A stretch of DNA of 64,000 nucleotides, taken from the NCBI GenBank assembly GCA_009937095.1, contig JAACDB010000025.1, positions 7,961-71,960 of the forward strand. Direction: 5' to 3'. A program made the position numbers and the translations under genes. Below are positions 1 to 12,646 of the stretch, one piece after another. Positions within the stretch are counted from its first letter, which is position 1. Each line of letters begins with the position of its first letter. Origin of the DNA: Verrucomicrobiota bacterium (GTDB lineage Bacteria; Verrucomicrobiota; Verrucomicrobiia; Opitutales; Coraliomargaritaceae). The notes under the pieces are model-generated. The model saw only the letters and a list, made by a program, of their open reading frames with translations. It did no database searches and was not told where the DNA came from.

Positions 1-80
1 ATACCCTGCTTCCCTTATTTGTTCCAGACTGAAACGATGCCGGCCTGTAATGTATCCCCCCTGATCCAAGATATATTCTT

Positions 81-617
81 ATGCGTTACCTCTTACTTAT
101 TTTAACCTTAACCGCGACCCACCCCATGTCTGCCTACGAAAGTGCATTTCCCAAAACCGACGTGGGCGTGATTGAAATCAAGGAACTCCCTTCCTGCAAA
201 GTAATCGTTGCACGCTCAAAGGTCGCATACTTCAAAGAAGCCAGTAGCCTGTTTCGGCCGCTTTTTGATTACATTAAGGATAATGAAATCGCCATGACCG
301 TTCCGGTGGAAGCGGAAATCGACCCTGGGGCAATGTATTTCTATCTCGGCACGGAAGCCGCAGCACGCGAGCTCAAAGAAACTGATGGAGTGAAGGTAAA
401 AGCCCTCCCTACACGTACCGTCGCCTCTATCGGGCTGCGCGGTGGATATGGAGAGGCCAATTTTCTTGCCGCAAAAGCGAAGCTCGAAGCGTGGCTCGCG
501 GAACGGATGGATCTCAAGGTAACCGGTCCTGCGCGCGCGATTTATTGGAACGGTCCATTCACCTTGCCGGCATTGAAGCGTGGCGAAATTCATATCCCCA
601 TCGCTCCGGCTTCTTAA
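81..617 (+). CDS. secreted SOUL/HEBP-type heme-binding family protein (tentative family)
   Basis: 178-aa ORF with a hydrophobic signal-like N-terminus (LLLILTLTATHPMSA). The body and the IYWNGPFTLPALKRGEIHIPI tail resemble SOUL heme-binding fold proteins as I remember them. Not searched. Confidence 0.6.
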   Translation: MRYLLLILTLTATHPMSAYESAFPKTDVGVIEIKELPSCKVIVARSKVAYFKEASSLFRPLFDYIKDNEIAMTVPVEAEIDPGAMYFYLGTEAAARELKETDGVKVKALPTRTVASIGLRGGYGEANFLAAKAKLEAWLAERMDLKVTGPARAIYWNGPFTLPALKRGEIHIPIAPAS

Positions 618-662
618 GCCCAAGCTTTACAGTACTGCCGCAATCAGGCAAAAGTAAATCTT

Positions 663-1241
663 ATGCCTTTGCGAGTCACTCATTACGGAGAGCCGATCCT
701 GCGCGAGCCAGGTGCCCCGATTACACACTTCGATGCCGACTTAAAGGCACTGGCTGATGCCATGCTGGAAACGATGTACGACGCTGACGGCATTGGACTC
801 GCTGCCCAGCAAATCGACCAAGCGCTCCAGATTTGCGTGATGGATGTGAGGCCACCCGAGGAAGCTAACATTCAGTTCGATTACCAATACGACGGGAAAA
901 CCCTTCCCCTGGATTTTATCATGCCGCTCGCCCTCATTAACCCTCAGGTTGAAATTACCGACTCCGCCCCCGAGGTCTACGAGGAGGGCTGTCTTTCCTT
1001 TCCCGCAGTGAACGGTCGCGTGACGCGCCCCGCCGGCGTACGCTGCACCTTTCAAGACCTTCAGGGCGAGCAACATATCATTGAAGCCAACGGTCTTTTA
1101 GGGCGCTGTATTTTACACGAAGTGGACCACCTCAACGGTGTTCTTTTTACTGATCGTATGGATAAAAGCGACCTTCGCAAAAACGAAACACGCATCAAGC
1201 AACTCAAGCGCGCTTCCCGCGATTTCCTCAAAGGCAAATAA
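663..1241 (+). CDS. def: peptide deformylase
   Basis: All three deformylase motifs are present: GIGLAAQQ, EGCLSFP and HEVDHLNG. Confidence 0.95.
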   Translation: MPLRVTHYGEPILREPGAPITHFDADLKALADAMLETMYDADGIGLAAQQIDQALQICVMDVRPPEEANIQFDYQYDGKTLPLDFIMPLALINPQVEITDSAPEVYEEGCLSFPAVNGRVTRPAGVRCTFQDLQGEQHIIEANGLLGRCILHEVDHLNGVLFTDRMDKSDLRKNETRIKQLKRASRDFLKGK

Positions 1242-1248
1242 AGCCGCC

Positions 1249-1908
1249 CTAATGCAGGACCGCCACCCGCGCCCGCGGCACATCCCGCGCATCAAAATGC
1301 AAAATGTATTTCTCGGCGAAATAGGGATCCTGCAGTTCTGACTCCAAGTCGATACTTAAGCGCGGCTCGATTCCAATGGCGGCGTATTCCGCCGCAAGGT
1401 CGCCGCCTTTCCAATACAAGACTCCATTCGGGATGGAATTGCGCTGACCGCGCCGCAGGTTGCCTTGGATCCAACTGAAATATTGAGGGAGGTTCTTGAC
1501 CGCCCGTCCCGTAATGAAATCGAATTCCCGCTTTATGGACTCAGCCCGCGCTTGATGCGCCTGAACATTTTTCAGCCCCAACCGCTCGGCAATGTCTCGC
1601 ACCACTCCAATTTTCTTCCCTATCGAATCCACCAAAGTAAACTGCGCCTGGGGATAACAAATCGCCATAATCAAGCCCGGGAAACCGCCCCCGGTTCCGA
1701 CATCAAGGATTCGCGCCCCTTGCATGAGTTGCAGATGATTGGTGATCGCCAAACAGGGCGCCAAATGCCGCTCCTCCAAATGTTCAATGTCTTTGCGCGA
1801 AATCAAATTGATCTTCTCGTTCCATTCCCGCAGCAAAACCGCCCACGCCTCCAGCGTTGCCCAAGTGTCGCCCTCGATCTTTGGAAACAATTGCCCCATT
1901 TCTTTCAT
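1249..1908 (-). CDS. rsmG: 16S rRNA (guanine527-N7)-methyltransferase RsmG/GidB
   Basis: SAM-binding motif [12 protein letters not shown]. The N-terminus ([13 protein letters not shown]) is RsmG-like. I set the start at ATG 1908 (MKEMGQ) rather than the upstream in-frame extension to 1989. Confidence 0.9.
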   Translation of the reverse strand: MKEMGQLFPKIEGDTWATLEAWAVLLREWNEKINLISRKDIEHLEERHLAPCLAITNHLQLMQGARILDVGTGGGFPGLIMAICYPQAQFTLVDSIGKKIGVVRDIAERLGLKNVQAHQARAESIKREFDFITGRAVKNLPQYFSWIQGNLRRGQRNSIPNGVLYWKGGDLAAEYAAIGIEPRLSIDLESELQDPYFAEKYILHFDARDVPRARVAVLH

Positions 1909-1995
1909 AGCTCCACTAAAACAAGCCCCGACCGTTTGACGAGCGGCAAGCTTGCGCCTTTTATAATTTATTAAGTTTACCACTTGCAAAACGCA

Positions 1996-2028
1996 TCAAG
2001 ATATCATGATATGTTGATATTATATCAA
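1996..2028. promoter_or_regulatory. nested palindromes built from ATATCA/TGATAT hexamers immediately upstream of metH
   Basis: ATATCATGATAT (2001-2012) is a perfect 12-bp palindrome. TTGATAT-T-ATATCAA (2014-2028) is a perfect 7-1-7 palindrome ending 2 nt before the metH ATG. Candidate operator or promoter element in the rsmG/metH divergent region. Confidence 0.3.
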
Positions 2029-2030
2029 AG

Positions 2031-5000
2031 ATGACCTCTATCACTAAACCACTCACCACTAAGGGACAGCAGCTTGCCCGCTTGCTGGAGGAACGCATTG
2101 TCTTCCTCGATGGGGCCATGGGTACCATGATCCAACAGCATTCGTTGGAGGAAGCCGACTTCCGCGACGAAAGTCTCGCCGACGCGCCGGGCAATTTGAA
2201 GGGCAACAACGACCTCCTCAGTATCACCCGCCCGGAAATCATTGAGGGAATTCACCGCGCTTTCCTTGAGGCGGGTTCTGATATCATTGAAACCAACACT
2301 TTTTCGGGCACCACCATCGCACAAGCAGACTACGGACTCGAAAGTCGGGTGCGCGACATCAATTTGCACTCCGCCCGGATTGCCCGCAAGGTCGCTGACG
2401 AAGTCGCCGAAAAGGAAGGGCGCCCCACATTCGTAGCCGGTGCGATTGGCCCCACCAATCGCACCGCCTCGATGTCTCCCGATGTCAACCGGCCCGAATA
2501 CCGCGCCACGAGCTACGAGGAATTGCGTCAGGCCTACTACGAACAGGTCGAAGCGCTCGTAGAAGGCGGCGTTGATCTCCTCTTGCCAGAGACTGTTTTT
2601 GACACCCTCAATTTGAAGGCCTGTCTGCACGCAATTGAGGATTTCTTTGAAACCCGCGACGAGCGCCTGCCCGTTATCATTTCTGTAACGATCACCGACC
2701 AGTCAGGACGAACCCTCTCGGGTCAGACGGTTGAAGCCTGCTGGAACTCCATCCGCCATGCCAAGCCGCTTTGCGTAGGATTGAACTGTGCCCTCGGAGC
2801 GGATCTCATGCGGCCCTTCCTTCAGGATCTCTCCCGCGTAGCCGATTGCTATGTACATGTGTATCCCAACGCCGGGCTCCCCAATCCCCTCGCCGCCACG
2901 GGCTACGACGAAACTCCCGACCACACCGGTGAAGCCGTTGGCGGATTTGCCAAGGACGGACTGGTCAACCTTGTCGGTGGCTGCTGTGGCACCACCCCCG
3001 ATCACATTAGCGCGGTGGTACGCGAAGTCAGTCAATACCCGCCCCGCCCCCTTCCGGAGCTACCCGAGCGGCAACGCCTGAGTGGACTCGAGGCATGCAA
3101 TCATACCATCGGCGACAGCTTTATCATGGTTGGCGAGCGCAGTAACGTTACAGGCTCTCCGCGCTTTAAGAAAATGATCACCAATGAAGACTGGGACGGC
3201 GCGCTTGCGGTGGCCGCTCAGCAGGTTGAAAACGGCGCAAATATCATCGATATTAATTTTGATGAAGGCTTGCTCGATTCCGAGGCCTGCATGGCGAAGT
3301 TCCTCAATCTGATTGCCTCTGAGCCCGCCATTGCCCGCGTGCCCATCATGATCGACAGCTCCAAATGGTCGGTTATCGAAGCGGGACTTCAATGCGCACA
3401 GGGCAAATGTATCGTCAATTCCATCAGCCTTAAAGAAGGCGAAGCAACTTTCCTTGAACATGCCCGTCTCTGTCGCCGTTACGGTGCGGCGGTGGTGGTA
3501 ATGGCCTTTGACGAAAAAGGCCAAGCCGCGACCAAGGAAGACAAGGTGCGCATCTGCAGCCGGGCCTACAAACTACTGGTTGAGCAGACCGGGCTCGACC
3601 CCAACGATATCATTTTTGACCCCAATGTCCTCACGGTTGCCACCGGAATGGAGGAGCACAATAACTACGCGGTCGATTTCATTGAGGCGGTTCGTGAAAT
3701 CAAAGCGGCCTGCCCCGGAGCACGCACCAGCGGAGGCGTCAGCAATATCTCCTTCTCTTTCCGTGGCAATAATCCCGTTCGCGAGGCCATGCACGCGGCC
3801 TTCCTTTACCATTCCATTGAGGCCGGACTCGACATGGGTATCGTCAATGCCGGGATGCTCGAAATCTATGAGGAAATTGAACCCGCGCTGCTTAAAAAAG
3901 TTGAGGACGTGCTCCTCAACCGAGACCCTGAGGCAACCGAAGCCCTCATCACTTTTGCGGAAACGGTCAAGGGCAGTGGAAAAAAGGAAGATGACTCCAA
4001 AAAACTCGCCTGGCGCGAGGGCACGGTAGAGGAACGGCTTGCTCATGCCCTAGTAAAGGGAATCGTTGATTTTATCGAACCCGATACCGAGGAAGCACGC
4101 CAACAACTTGGTCGCCCGCTGGAAGTGATTGAAGGCCCGCTCATGGACGGCATGAAGATTGTAGGCAATCTCTTCGGGGCCGGAAAGATGTTCCTCCCGC
4201 AAGTCGTGAAGAGTGCCCGCGTAATGAAACGGGCGGTCGCTTACCTCACGCCATATCTTGAAGCCGAGAAAGCGGAAAACCCGAATGCCCGTGCTCAAGG
4301 CAAGTTCCTTATCGCCACTGTCAAAGGCGACGTACACGACATCGGTAAGAACATTGTGGGCGTGGTGCTCGCCTGTAATAATTACGAGGTCAAGGACCTC
4401 GGCGTGATGGTCGATTGCGATACTATCTTAAAAGAAGCCGAAGAATGGGGCGCGGATATCGTAGGGCTTTCCGGCCTGATCACACCCTCGCTGGATGAGA
4501 TGATTTTTGTGGCGCAGGAGATGCAACGGCGCGGCTTCAAACAACCCCTTCTCATTGGAGGAGCGACGACCAGCGCCGCCCATACCGCCATAAAGATCGC
4601 GCCGCACTATGACCAGCCCGTGATCCGCGTGGGTGACGCTTCTCTCGCCACGGGAGTTTGCAATAGCCTCCTCAATCCGGAAAAAAGCGGGGCCTACATC
4701 GCGCAGGTCAAGGAAGAGCAAACCGTGCAGCGCGAACACTTTGAAGCCAATCGAGGTAAAACCGAGTTCCTTGCCCTCAAAGAGGCCCGCGCCAAACGCT
4801 ACACCTGCGACTGGGAAAAGGCGGATCTCAAGACCCCCAACCAGCTTGGTCTGACGGTTGATGACGCTATCGATCTCAAAACCCTCAGCGAGTACTTCGA
4901 CTACTCTCCCCTCTTCTGGACTTGGGGGCTGAAGGGCATCTATCCTCGCATCCTGCAACACGCCACCTATGGCGAGCAGGCGCGCTCCATTCTTAGCGAT

Positions 5001-5738
5001 GCCAAAGCGATGCTGGAACGCATTATTAAAGAAAAGCGTTTCCGTGCCCGTCGCACTGTGGGTCTTTTCCCGGCAAACTCAGTGAATGATGATATCGAAA
5101 TTTATGCGGACGCCTCAGGGAATGAAGTCGTGAATACCCTGCACACCCTCCGGCAACAGAAACGCAAAGCGCAGGATGGCGCCTATTTCGCACTCTCGGA
5201 CTTTGTCGCCCCGAAGGATTGCGGACAAGTCGATGCCTGTGGTGCTTTTGTATGCAGCATCGAGGGCGTGGATGCCTTTGCCAAAGAATTTGAGGATGCG
5301 CAGGACGACTACAACGCCATCATGGTAAAAGCAATTGGGGACCGTTTTGCGGAAGCCCTCGCAGAGCAAACGCATGCGCATGTACGCAAAGAGCTCTGGG
5401 GCTACGCGCCCGATGAGGCCCACGACAACGAAGCGCTCATTATGGAGCGTTACCGCGGCATCCGTCCGGCGGCCGGTTACCCCAGTCAGCCAGATCACAC
5501 CGAGAAGGCCCTGATCTGGGAATTGCTGGATGCGGAAAACACTACCGGAGCCACCCTCACCGAGAATTTTGCGATGTCCCCGGGTAGCTGCGTGAGTGGA
5601 CTCTACTTTGCCCACCCCGAGGCAAAATACTTCCAGGTGGGGCCAATCCAAAAGGATCAGGTTACAAGCTACGCCGAACGCAAAGGCCTTACGCTGGAAG
5701 CATGTGAAAAGTGGCTCGCCCCCAACAAAGCTTACTGA
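2031..5738 (+). CDS. metH: cobalamin-dependent methionine synthase
   Basis: 1235-aa ORF with the full domain order: Hcy-binding domain ([15 protein letters not shown]), pterin-binding domain, B12-binding domain (GDVHDIGKN) and the AdoMet activation domain. Confidence 0.97.
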   Translation: MTSITKPLTTKGQQLARLLEERIVFLDGAMGTMIQQHSLEEADFRDESLADAPGNLKGNNDLLSITRPEIIEGIHRAFLEAGSDIIETNTFSGTTIAQADYGLESRVRDINLHSARIARKVADEVAEKEGRPTFVAGAIGPTNRTASMSPDVNRPEYRATSYEELRQAYYEQVEALVEGGVDLLLPETVFDTLNLKACLHAIEDFFETRDERLPVIISVTITDQSGRTLSGQTVEACWNSIRHAKPLCVGLNCALGADLMRPFLQDLSRVADCYVHVYPNAGLPNPLAATGYDETPDHTGEAVGGFAKDGLVNLVGGCCGTTPDHISAVVREVSQYPPRPLPELPERQRLSGLEACNHTIGDSFIMVGERSNVTGSPRFKKMITNEDWDGALAVAAQQVENGANIIDINFDEGLLDSEACMAKFLNLIASEPAIARVPIMIDSSKWSVIEAGLQCAQGKCIVNSISLKEGEATFLEHARLCRRYGAAVVVMAFDEKGQAATKEDKVRICSRAYKLLVEQTGLDPNDIIFDPNVLTVATGMEEHNNYAVDFIEAVREIKAACPGARTSGGVSNISFSFRGNNPVREAMHAAFLYHSIEAGLDMGIVNAGMLEIYEEIEPALLKKVEDVLLNRDPEATEALITFAETVKGSGKKEDDSKKLAWREGTVEERLAHALVKGIVDFIEPDTEEARQQLGRPLEVIEGPLMDGMKIVGNLFGAGKMFLPQVVKSARVMKRAVAYLTPYLEAEKAENPNARAQGKFLIATVKGDVHDIGKNIVGVVLACNNYEVKDLGVMVDCDTILKEAEEWGADIVGLSGLITPSLDEMIFVAQEMQRRGFKQPLLIGGATTSAAHTAIKIAPHYDQPVIRVGDASLATGVCNSLLNPEKSGAYIAQVKEEQTVQREHFEANRGKTEFLALKEARAKRYTCDWEKADLKTPNQLGLTVDDAIDLKTLSEYFDYSPLFWTWGLKGIYPRILQHATYGEQARSILSDAKAMLERIIKEKRFRARRTVGLFPANSVNDDIEIYADASGNEVVNTLHTLRQQKRKAQDGAYFALSDFVAPKDCGQVDACGAFVCSIEGVDAFAKEFEDAQDDYNAIMVKAIGDRFAEALAEQTHAHVRKELWGYAPDEAHDNEALIMERYRGIRPAAGYPSQPDHTEKALIWELLDAENTTGATLTENFAMSPGSCVSGLYFAHPEAKYFQVGPIQKDQVTSYAERKGLTLEACEKWLAPNKAY

Positions 5739-5745
5739 AGCAACA

Positions 5746-5780
5746 AAAAAAGGGGCGACCCGCGCAATGCGAGCCGCCCA
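5746..5780 (-). terminator. intrinsic terminator downstream of the outer-membrane protein gene (possibly bidirectional with metH)
   Basis: GC-rich imperfect hairpin GGGCGaCcCGC-gcaat-GCGaGcCGCCC at 5754-5780. On the minus strand it is followed by a T7 run (A7 at 5746-5752 on plus). Confidence 0.55.
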
Positions 5781-5808
5781 ACCTCAAGTTTTATTGAACA
5801 ATTCCCTC

Positions 5809-6690
5809 TTAGAAGGGATAAACTGCAGAGAAAGTCCAGCGGTAATCAAACAGATTTGAGCTATCGGATACATCGGTTTCATAGGCCGCGCGAACGGAAA
5901 CATCATTGTTATCAAAGGGGCGAACTTCCGCGCCAAGGGCGGCCGTCCAAACATCCTCGTCCTGACCGGACCCAAGGCTACCCGCGTCCATGCCGGAGTA
6001 CGGAGCAACGCCAGTGCCGTTGTCGTCGGTTACAAAATAACCGTTGATTTCAAAAACCGGGCTAAGCCATTCTGTAAGGTAGTAATCACTGTGGAAGTGA
6101 AGAGTCAGCATATCAGAACTGCCCAGCTCTCCCTGATTTTTATTAACGGCAATGAGGTAATTAAGGGTCGCGCCGAGGTGGAGCTTGCCGAAGGATTTGT
6201 TTTCTGAGATCCACAAGCGCAATTCATCGGTATTTTGCAAGGCCTCGGAGTTGCCCCAGTCAAACTCGTAACCAACACCGACAGCGATGTGGTATTCATT
6301 CGCCCAATCCTGCACAAGGGCGTACTTGATTCCAATCCCAACGTCATTACAGCCATCTTTGCCATCCAAACTACCATCCGAGAATTTTGTGTAGCCGTCC
6401 TTGTAGGCAACCAGTTGGAGTTGCTCGGTGAGTGCGACCCGCACCTGAAGGGCAGCAACGGTAACTTCACCTCCAATTCGATCGAGCTGATGACTCAAAT
6501 ACCAAGCGCGGAGGTCACTGGTGATAAAAGAATCCTCGTGATAGTAAGGAGAGGTCAAGGGAGCGACCGTGCGCTGTTCCGGCGAGAGAGTCCGCACTTG
6601 CTCGCCAGAGGCAACGTAGCCGGACTGCGCAAGCAAGGCGTTGGCGGCAAGGCAGCCAGCGGCGAGAAGAATTGTAAGATTTTGTTTCAT
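5809..6690 (-). CDS. putative outer-membrane beta-barrel protein
   Basis: Signal peptide MKQNLTILLAAGCLAANALLAQ, alternating hydrophobic pattern with abundant G/Y/D, and a C-terminal aromatic residue (AVYPF). The specific family is not resolved. Confidence 0.55.
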   Translation of the reverse strand: MKQNLTILLAAGCLAANALLAQSGYVASGEQVRTLSPEQRTVAPLTSPYYHEDSFITSDLRAWYLSHQLDRIGGEVTVAALQVRVALTEQLQLVAYKDGYTKFSDGSLDGKDGCNDVGIGIKYALVQDWANEYHIAVGVGYEFDWGNSEALQNTDELRLWISENKSFGKLHLGATLNYLIAVNKNQGELGSSDMLTLHFHSDYYLTEWLSPVFEINGYFVTDDNGTGVAPYSGMDAGSLGSGQDEDVWTAALGAEVRPFDNNDVSVRAAYETDVSDSSNLFDYRWTFSAVYPF

Positions 6691-6840
6691 AATAATTTTG
6701 GATTACTTTTCCTTTTTGTACCTTAAATACCCTATGTTAACCTGATTAGAATTGTTTAATTATAAAAAAATAGGGGCCTCTATAATTGTTTTTTGCTTTC
6801 CTTGAAGGCTTCTCGCGGTAAGCCTCTAAGGTTGATTGCC

Positions 6841-7377
6841 ATGACTCTTTTTCAAGCCACGCTTTTTACCGGAATCGCGCTTATCGCCGTTGGAGCTCAC
6901 TTTCTCTGGCATGGCATGCGCAGTGCCCCTGCCCTCAAGGCCTTCCCCCGCTCCCGCGTTGCCGCGATTCTGCTTTTTGGCTCTGCCAGCGCCTGGTTTT
7001 TATGTCACGTCTGGCATCTTGGGCCGGCAGATTTTGGGCAATATCGTCAACTCCTCTTTGCGCTCTTTGGTATATCGGCGCTAGGAGCCTTTTATTTTGT
7101 GCCTGACTTTCTGGCAGTGCGCGGACTGGCAGCCCTCCTACTTTTAGCGGCCCAACCTTTGCTCAACGCCGCCTACATGCAAGATCCGGCATCGCGACTC
7201 TTTCTCGTCAGTTTCGTATACTTGACGATTGTGGCGGCCCTTATCTTTGGCGCGAGCCCTTATCGTTTGCGTGATTGTATCGATTGGCTCTATCGGGGAT
7301 CCACCCGCCCACGCATCTTCGGTGCATGCTTTGCGCTTTACGGTGCGTTGCTCGTCGCGACCGCTTTGAAATATTAA
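6841..7377 (+). CDS. hypothetical polytopic membrane protein
   Basis: About 5-6 hydrophobic segments and no recognisable motif. It ends 4 nt before gmk. The start is taken at ATG 6841; the ORF track begins at TTG 6793. Confidence 0.5.
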   Translation: MTLFQATLFTGIALIAVGAHFLWHGMRSAPALKAFPRSRVAAILLFGSASAWFLCHVWHLGPADFGQYRQLLFALFGISALGAFYFVPDFLAVRGLAALLLLAAQPLLNAAYMQDPASRLFLVSFVYLTIVAALIFGASPYRLRDCIDWLYRGSTRPRIFGACFALYGALLVATALKY

Positions 7378-7381
7378 TGCT

Positions 7382-7972
7382 GTGCACGCGCCCAAGAACA
7401 ATTCCGCTCAACTCTTAATCGTTTCCGGTCCGGCAGGTAGCGGCAAAACCACTGTCTGTGAAGGCCTCTTGCGAACAGAAGCCCAACTCGAGCGTGTCAT
7501 CACCACCACCACCCGCCCACCCCGGGGGGCCGAAGTGAATGGAGGGGACTACCACTTTCTAGAAGCGGAGGAATTTGAGGCCCGTATTGCAGCAGGGGAT
7601 TTCTACGAATACGCCCGCGTCCACGGCAAGCATTACGGTACTCAAAAAAAGGCGGTGCAGGACAAATTGGAGGCGGGCATCAATCTCTTGCTGAATGTTG
7701 ATGTGCAGGGTGCCGCAAGCTTTCGAGCGGCTGCAGGAGAGGATCCCCTCCTTGCGGGTCGGGTCACTACGGTTTTTATAATGCCTCCAGGTTTGGAAGC
7801 ATTAAAGGAACGCCTCGAAGGTCGCGGTACGGACAGCGTAGACGAGGTACAACGGCGGATAGAAGTTGCTAAAAGTGAAATGCAGGAAGCTAAGCACTAC
7901 GACCACCTCCTGCACAGCAGCACCCGCGAAGCGGATCTCGTCGCCCTGCAGGCAATCTACCGCTCCCTCTAA
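7382..7972 (+). CDS. gmk: guanylate kinase
   Basis: P-loop GPAGSGKTT and the [17 protein letters not shown] motif. GTG start. Confidence 0.93.
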   Translation: MHAPKNNSAQLLIVSGPAGSGKTTVCEGLLRTEAQLERVITTTTRPPRGAEVNGGDYHFLEAEEFEARIAAGDFYEYARVHGKHYGTQKKAVQDKLEAGINLLLNVDVQGAASFRAAAGEDPLLAGRVTTVFIMPPGLEALKERLEGRGTDSVDEVQRRIEVAKSEMQEAKHYDHLLHSSTREADLVALQAIYRSL

Positions 7973-8033
7973 AACTACCGCGCTCACGCGCATTCGGCAT
8001 TGCCCTATTTTACATCCCGGGCATCTTTTAAGC

Positions 8034-8951
8034 ATGTCCGATGGACCGCGATTCACTAAAGAAAGCCTTTTGGCCCGCTTGAGCTGGGAACAGCTTGATT
8101 CTGATTACCTGCGCCAATTGGTCGGCTTGGCAAAAATTGAAGACCTCGCCGGGGCGGGTCTTGCCGAACGCCCGGAGCAATTAGGAGATGTTACCACGGC
8201 ACTCATGCCCGAGGGCGCAAGCGGTGAAGCGCAATTGACCGCCCGCGAAAGGATGACCATCTGCGGCCTGGGTCTCGTCGGGCTGGTACTCGCCAGTTAT
8301 GGGGAGGATTGTTCCTTTGAAGCGAAGGTTCAAGACGGCGGAAGCCTCTCTCCGGGAACTCCTATTGGCACTTTGCGCGGCCCCGCCGCCACTCTCCTGC
8401 AGGCTGAGCGAGTCCTCCTGAATTTCCTGCAACACCTCTCCGGGGTTGCTACGGAGACACGTCATTATGCTGATGCCCTTGCCGGAGCCTCCACCGCCCT
8501 CCTCGACACCCGCAAGACTTTACCGGGATATCGCGTGCTCCAAAAATACGCCTTTGCCTGTGGCGGCGGGTACAATCACCGTATGGGGCTTTTTGATCGC
8601 GTCATGTTTAAGGACAACCACCTTGCTCTCACTGGAGCCAAGCTTACCGAGACGGTAGCATTGGCACGCTCCATTCATCCCAAGCTACCCGTGGAAGTCG
8701 AAGTTGATTCCCACGATCAAATCGAACCTGCCCTTGCCGGAGGGGCCGACATCATCCTGCTCGACAACTTCAACGCCGAAGCTCTGAAAAAAGCAGTGGG
8801 TCAAATTGACGGTCGCGCCTGCACTGAAGCCAGTGGTGGCATCACTCTTGAAACCCTCCCCGCGCTTGGGGCGCTGGGTCTCGACTTCATCTCCACCGGC
8901 GCGCCGGTGCATCAAAGCACCTGGAAGGACATTGGTCTCGACTGGCTCTAA
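8034..8951 (+). CDS. nadC: nicotinate-nucleotide pyrophosphorylase (carboxylating)
   Basis: QPRTase-like core: [29 protein letters not shown] and EASGGIT. The start is set at ATG 8034, because the upstream part of the ORF overlaps gmk. Confidence 0.9.
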   Translation: MSDGPRFTKESLLARLSWEQLDSDYLRQLVGLAKIEDLAGAGLAERPEQLGDVTTALMPEGASGEAQLTARERMTICGLGLVGLVLASYGEDCSFEAKVQDGGSLSPGTPIGTLRGPAATLLQAERVLLNFLQHLSGVATETRHYADALAGASTALLDTRKTLPGYRVLQKYAFACGGGYNHRMGLFDRVMFKDNHLALTGAKLTETVALARSIHPKLPVEVEVDSHDQIEPALAGGADIILLDNFNAEALKKAVGQIDGRACTEASGGITLETLPALGALGLDFISTGAPVHQSTWKDIGLDWL

Positions 8952-8962
8952 TCATACACGTG

Positions 8963-9997
8963 ATGTCCTCAGCTCCACACAGTGAATATCGCAGGGTAAG
9001 CGCCCAACCCGACGAACATCAACTCTTGCGCAGTCTCATAGACGCAGGTGATGCTTTTGTCTCCGGAAGCGACCTCGCTAAAATGATCGGGCTCTCCCGC
9101 CCGGCGGTCTGGGGAAAAATCAAAAAGCTACAGGAATCCGGCTTTGAAATTGAGGCGGTGCGCAATCGGGGTTACCGAATCACTGCCCAACCAGAGGTTT
9201 TGCACCCGACCCTCCTGCAAATTGCTGCTGAGGACTGCGGCCTCGAAATGGACTGTCTTTACTTTCCAGTGCTTGACAGCACTAACAACGAAGCCGAGCG
9301 CCAAATTGCCAACGGTCGCGCCGGCCCCTTTGCAGTGCTCTCCAGTTGCCAGACCAAAGGTCGCGGGCGTCTGGGCCGGGAATGGTTCAGTGGCTCTGCT
9401 GAGAATCTATACCTTACGGTAACCTATGAGCCGCGCCTTCCCTCCCAAAAACTTCAACACTTTACCCTCTGGTGTGGCATTCAAATCTGCCGCGCCCTCC
9501 AAGCACTTCTTCCCGACAACCGGCTGGAAATTAAATGGCCCAACGATCTACATTGTGCCGGGCATAAATTCGCGGGGATGCTCACGGAAGCCAAACTCGA
9601 TGCGGATGGATTAAAGGCCCTTTTCTTTGGGCTGGGACTCAATGTAAACAGTAACCCTGTGACTTTTCCGAAGGAACTTCATAACCGCGCCACCAGCCTA
9701 CAAGCGATCAGCGGGAAGGCCCTTTCCATCAACGCCGTTGCGGCGCTAGCCCTTAAAGCCATTCAAGACGCTTATAACATTTGTATTCAAAATCCTGATA
9801 CCGAAAGCAATGCCCTACTGGAAGCCTGGAAACCCTACGACGGACTCTTTGGCCGGGAAGTCGTTACGGAACAGGCCGGACAAACGATAAAGGGGATCGC
9901 CCGCGGCATTGACTCCAGTGGCGCGCTCATGCTCGATGCCGCTGAAGGAAAACAAGCGTCCATTCGCGCTGGCGATGTGACCCTAAGCCAATTTTAA
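8963..9997 (+). CDS. birA: bifunctional biotin-[acetyl-CoA-carboxylase] ligase / biotin operon repressor
   Basis: N-terminal winged HTH (LAKMIGLSRPAVWGKIKKLQESGFEI), the GRGRLGREW ligase motif and KWPNDL. Confidence 0.9.
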   Translation: MSSAPHSEYRRVSAQPDEHQLLRSLIDAGDAFVSGSDLAKMIGLSRPAVWGKIKKLQESGFEIEAVRNRGYRITAQPEVLHPTLLQIAAEDCGLEMDCLYFPVLDSTNNEAERQIANGRAGPFAVLSSCQTKGRGRLGREWFSGSAENLYLTVTYEPRLPSQKLQHFTLWCGIQICRALQALLPDNRLEIKWPNDLHCAGHKFAGMLTEAKLDADGLKALFFGLGLNVNSNPVTFPKELHNRATSLQAISGKALSINAVAALALKAIQDAYNICIQNPDTESNALLEAWKPYDGLFGREVVTEQAGQTIKGIARGIDSSGALMLDAAEGKQASIRAGDVTLSQF

Positions 9998-10008
9998 ATC
10001 GCACCCAT

Positions 10009-10764
10009 ATGAAAACCCTTTGTATTGATATCGGCAACACCAGTACTCATTTCGGATTGGTGGAAGGTGAAAGCGTGAGCCATGCCGGAGATCTAGCCAC
10101 CTCGGATCTTCTGGCAGATGCCCCTGCCGCCGCCGCGCCGTTGCTGCCCTTGTTGGAGTCTGCCGCTGGCAGTGCCTATTGTTCGGTTGTGCCTGCGGTA
10201 AATGCTGAACTCGAAGCCCTACTTCAAACAAACAGCAAGCCTTGCCTCCACCTGACTGCTGAAAATTGCGGTGCTTTGAAGATTCATTACCCCAACCCGG
10301 AGGAAATCGGCGAAGACCGACTGGCGAATGCGCTCGCGGCACAAAGGTACCACCGTGTTCCCGCTATCGTTATCGATCTCGGCACCGCGGTAACCTTTGA
10401 TATTGTAACGAGCAAAGGCTACGAGGGAGGGATCATTGCCCCCGGTCTCGGTCTTATGTCACGCTACCTGCACGAACAGACCGCCCTCCTTCCGGAGTTG
10501 AACCCCGAGGATTTCGTGAAGGTTGAAGGTGCTATTGGGAAATCGACCCGTCACGCTATGCAACTCGGGGTCGCCATCGGTTACTCCGGCATGCTCGACG
10601 CCCTATGCGAACGCGTCATCGGGGAATTACGCGAGGGTGAAGGCGAGGGACCTCTGGTTCTCACAACCGGCGGCAGCACCGCCGACCTAACCAGTGACTG
10701 GGCCACCAAAGCGGAATTTATCCCACACCTCACCCTGCTGGGCCTGGCGGCCATTCACGCCTAA
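10009..10764 (+). CDS. coaX: type III pantothenate kinase
   Basis: The N-terminus LCIDIGNTSTHFG and the internal IVIDLGTAVTFD are typical CoaX/Baf motifs. The position after birA is the usual arrangement. Confidence 0.9.
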   Translation: MKTLCIDIGNTSTHFGLVEGESVSHAGDLATSDLLADAPAAAAPLLPLLESAAGSAYCSVVPAVNAELEALLQTNSKPCLHLTAENCGALKIHYPNPEEIGEDRLANALAAQRYHRVPAIVIDLGTAVTFDIVTSKGYEGGIIAPGLGLMSRYLHEQTALLPELNPEDFVKVEGAIGKSTRHAMQLGVAIGYSGMLDALCERVIGELREGEGEGPLVLTTGGSTADLTSDWATKAEFIPHLTLLGLAAIHA

Positions 10765-11171
10765 CGGCGGCGGCCTTTAGCCAGTTTCTGGGCGATAAGG
10801 AAGCTAACCTTTTGAGCGAGTTGCTCGGCTTCCTCGGGATCCTGGCCTTCGGCTTCAGCAGCCTTGAGTGCCGCCTCCGCGCGGGATTGTGCGGCTTCAA
10901 CCTCGGCGAGGTCGATGTCGTTGACGTCGATGGCAGCTTCGGTAAGGACTTCGACGGTGTCGCCCAAGACGCGGGCAAATCCGCAGTCCACGGCAATGTA
11001 TTCCGTCTTGTTACCCTTGATCACCTTGATTTCACCGGCCTTGAGCTTGGTCACGAGCGGGATGTGGCCGGTCAGGACGCCGGTCTCGCCCGCTTCAGCG
11101 GGGAGGACTACCTGGTCGGCCTCGGTCTCGAGGACCTTGGCGTTTGGAGTGATGATTTCGAGAGCGATCAT
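10761..11171 (-). CDS. atpC: F1 ATP synthase epsilon subunit
   Basis: 136-aa last gene of the atp operon, with an epsilon-like beta-sandwich followed by a helical tail. Its 3' end overlaps coaX by 4 nt (convergent). Confidence 0.9.
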   Translation of the reverse strand: MIALEIITPNAKVLETEADQVVLPAEAGETGVLTGHIPLVTKLKAGEIKVIKGNKTEYIAVDCGFARVLGDTVEVLTEAAIDVNDIDLAEVEAAQSRAEAALKAAEAEGQDPEEAEQLAQKVSFLIAQKLAKGRRR

Positions 11172-11188
11172 GTTGCTGTGCCTACGGC

Positions 11189-12646
<1,458 letters not shown>

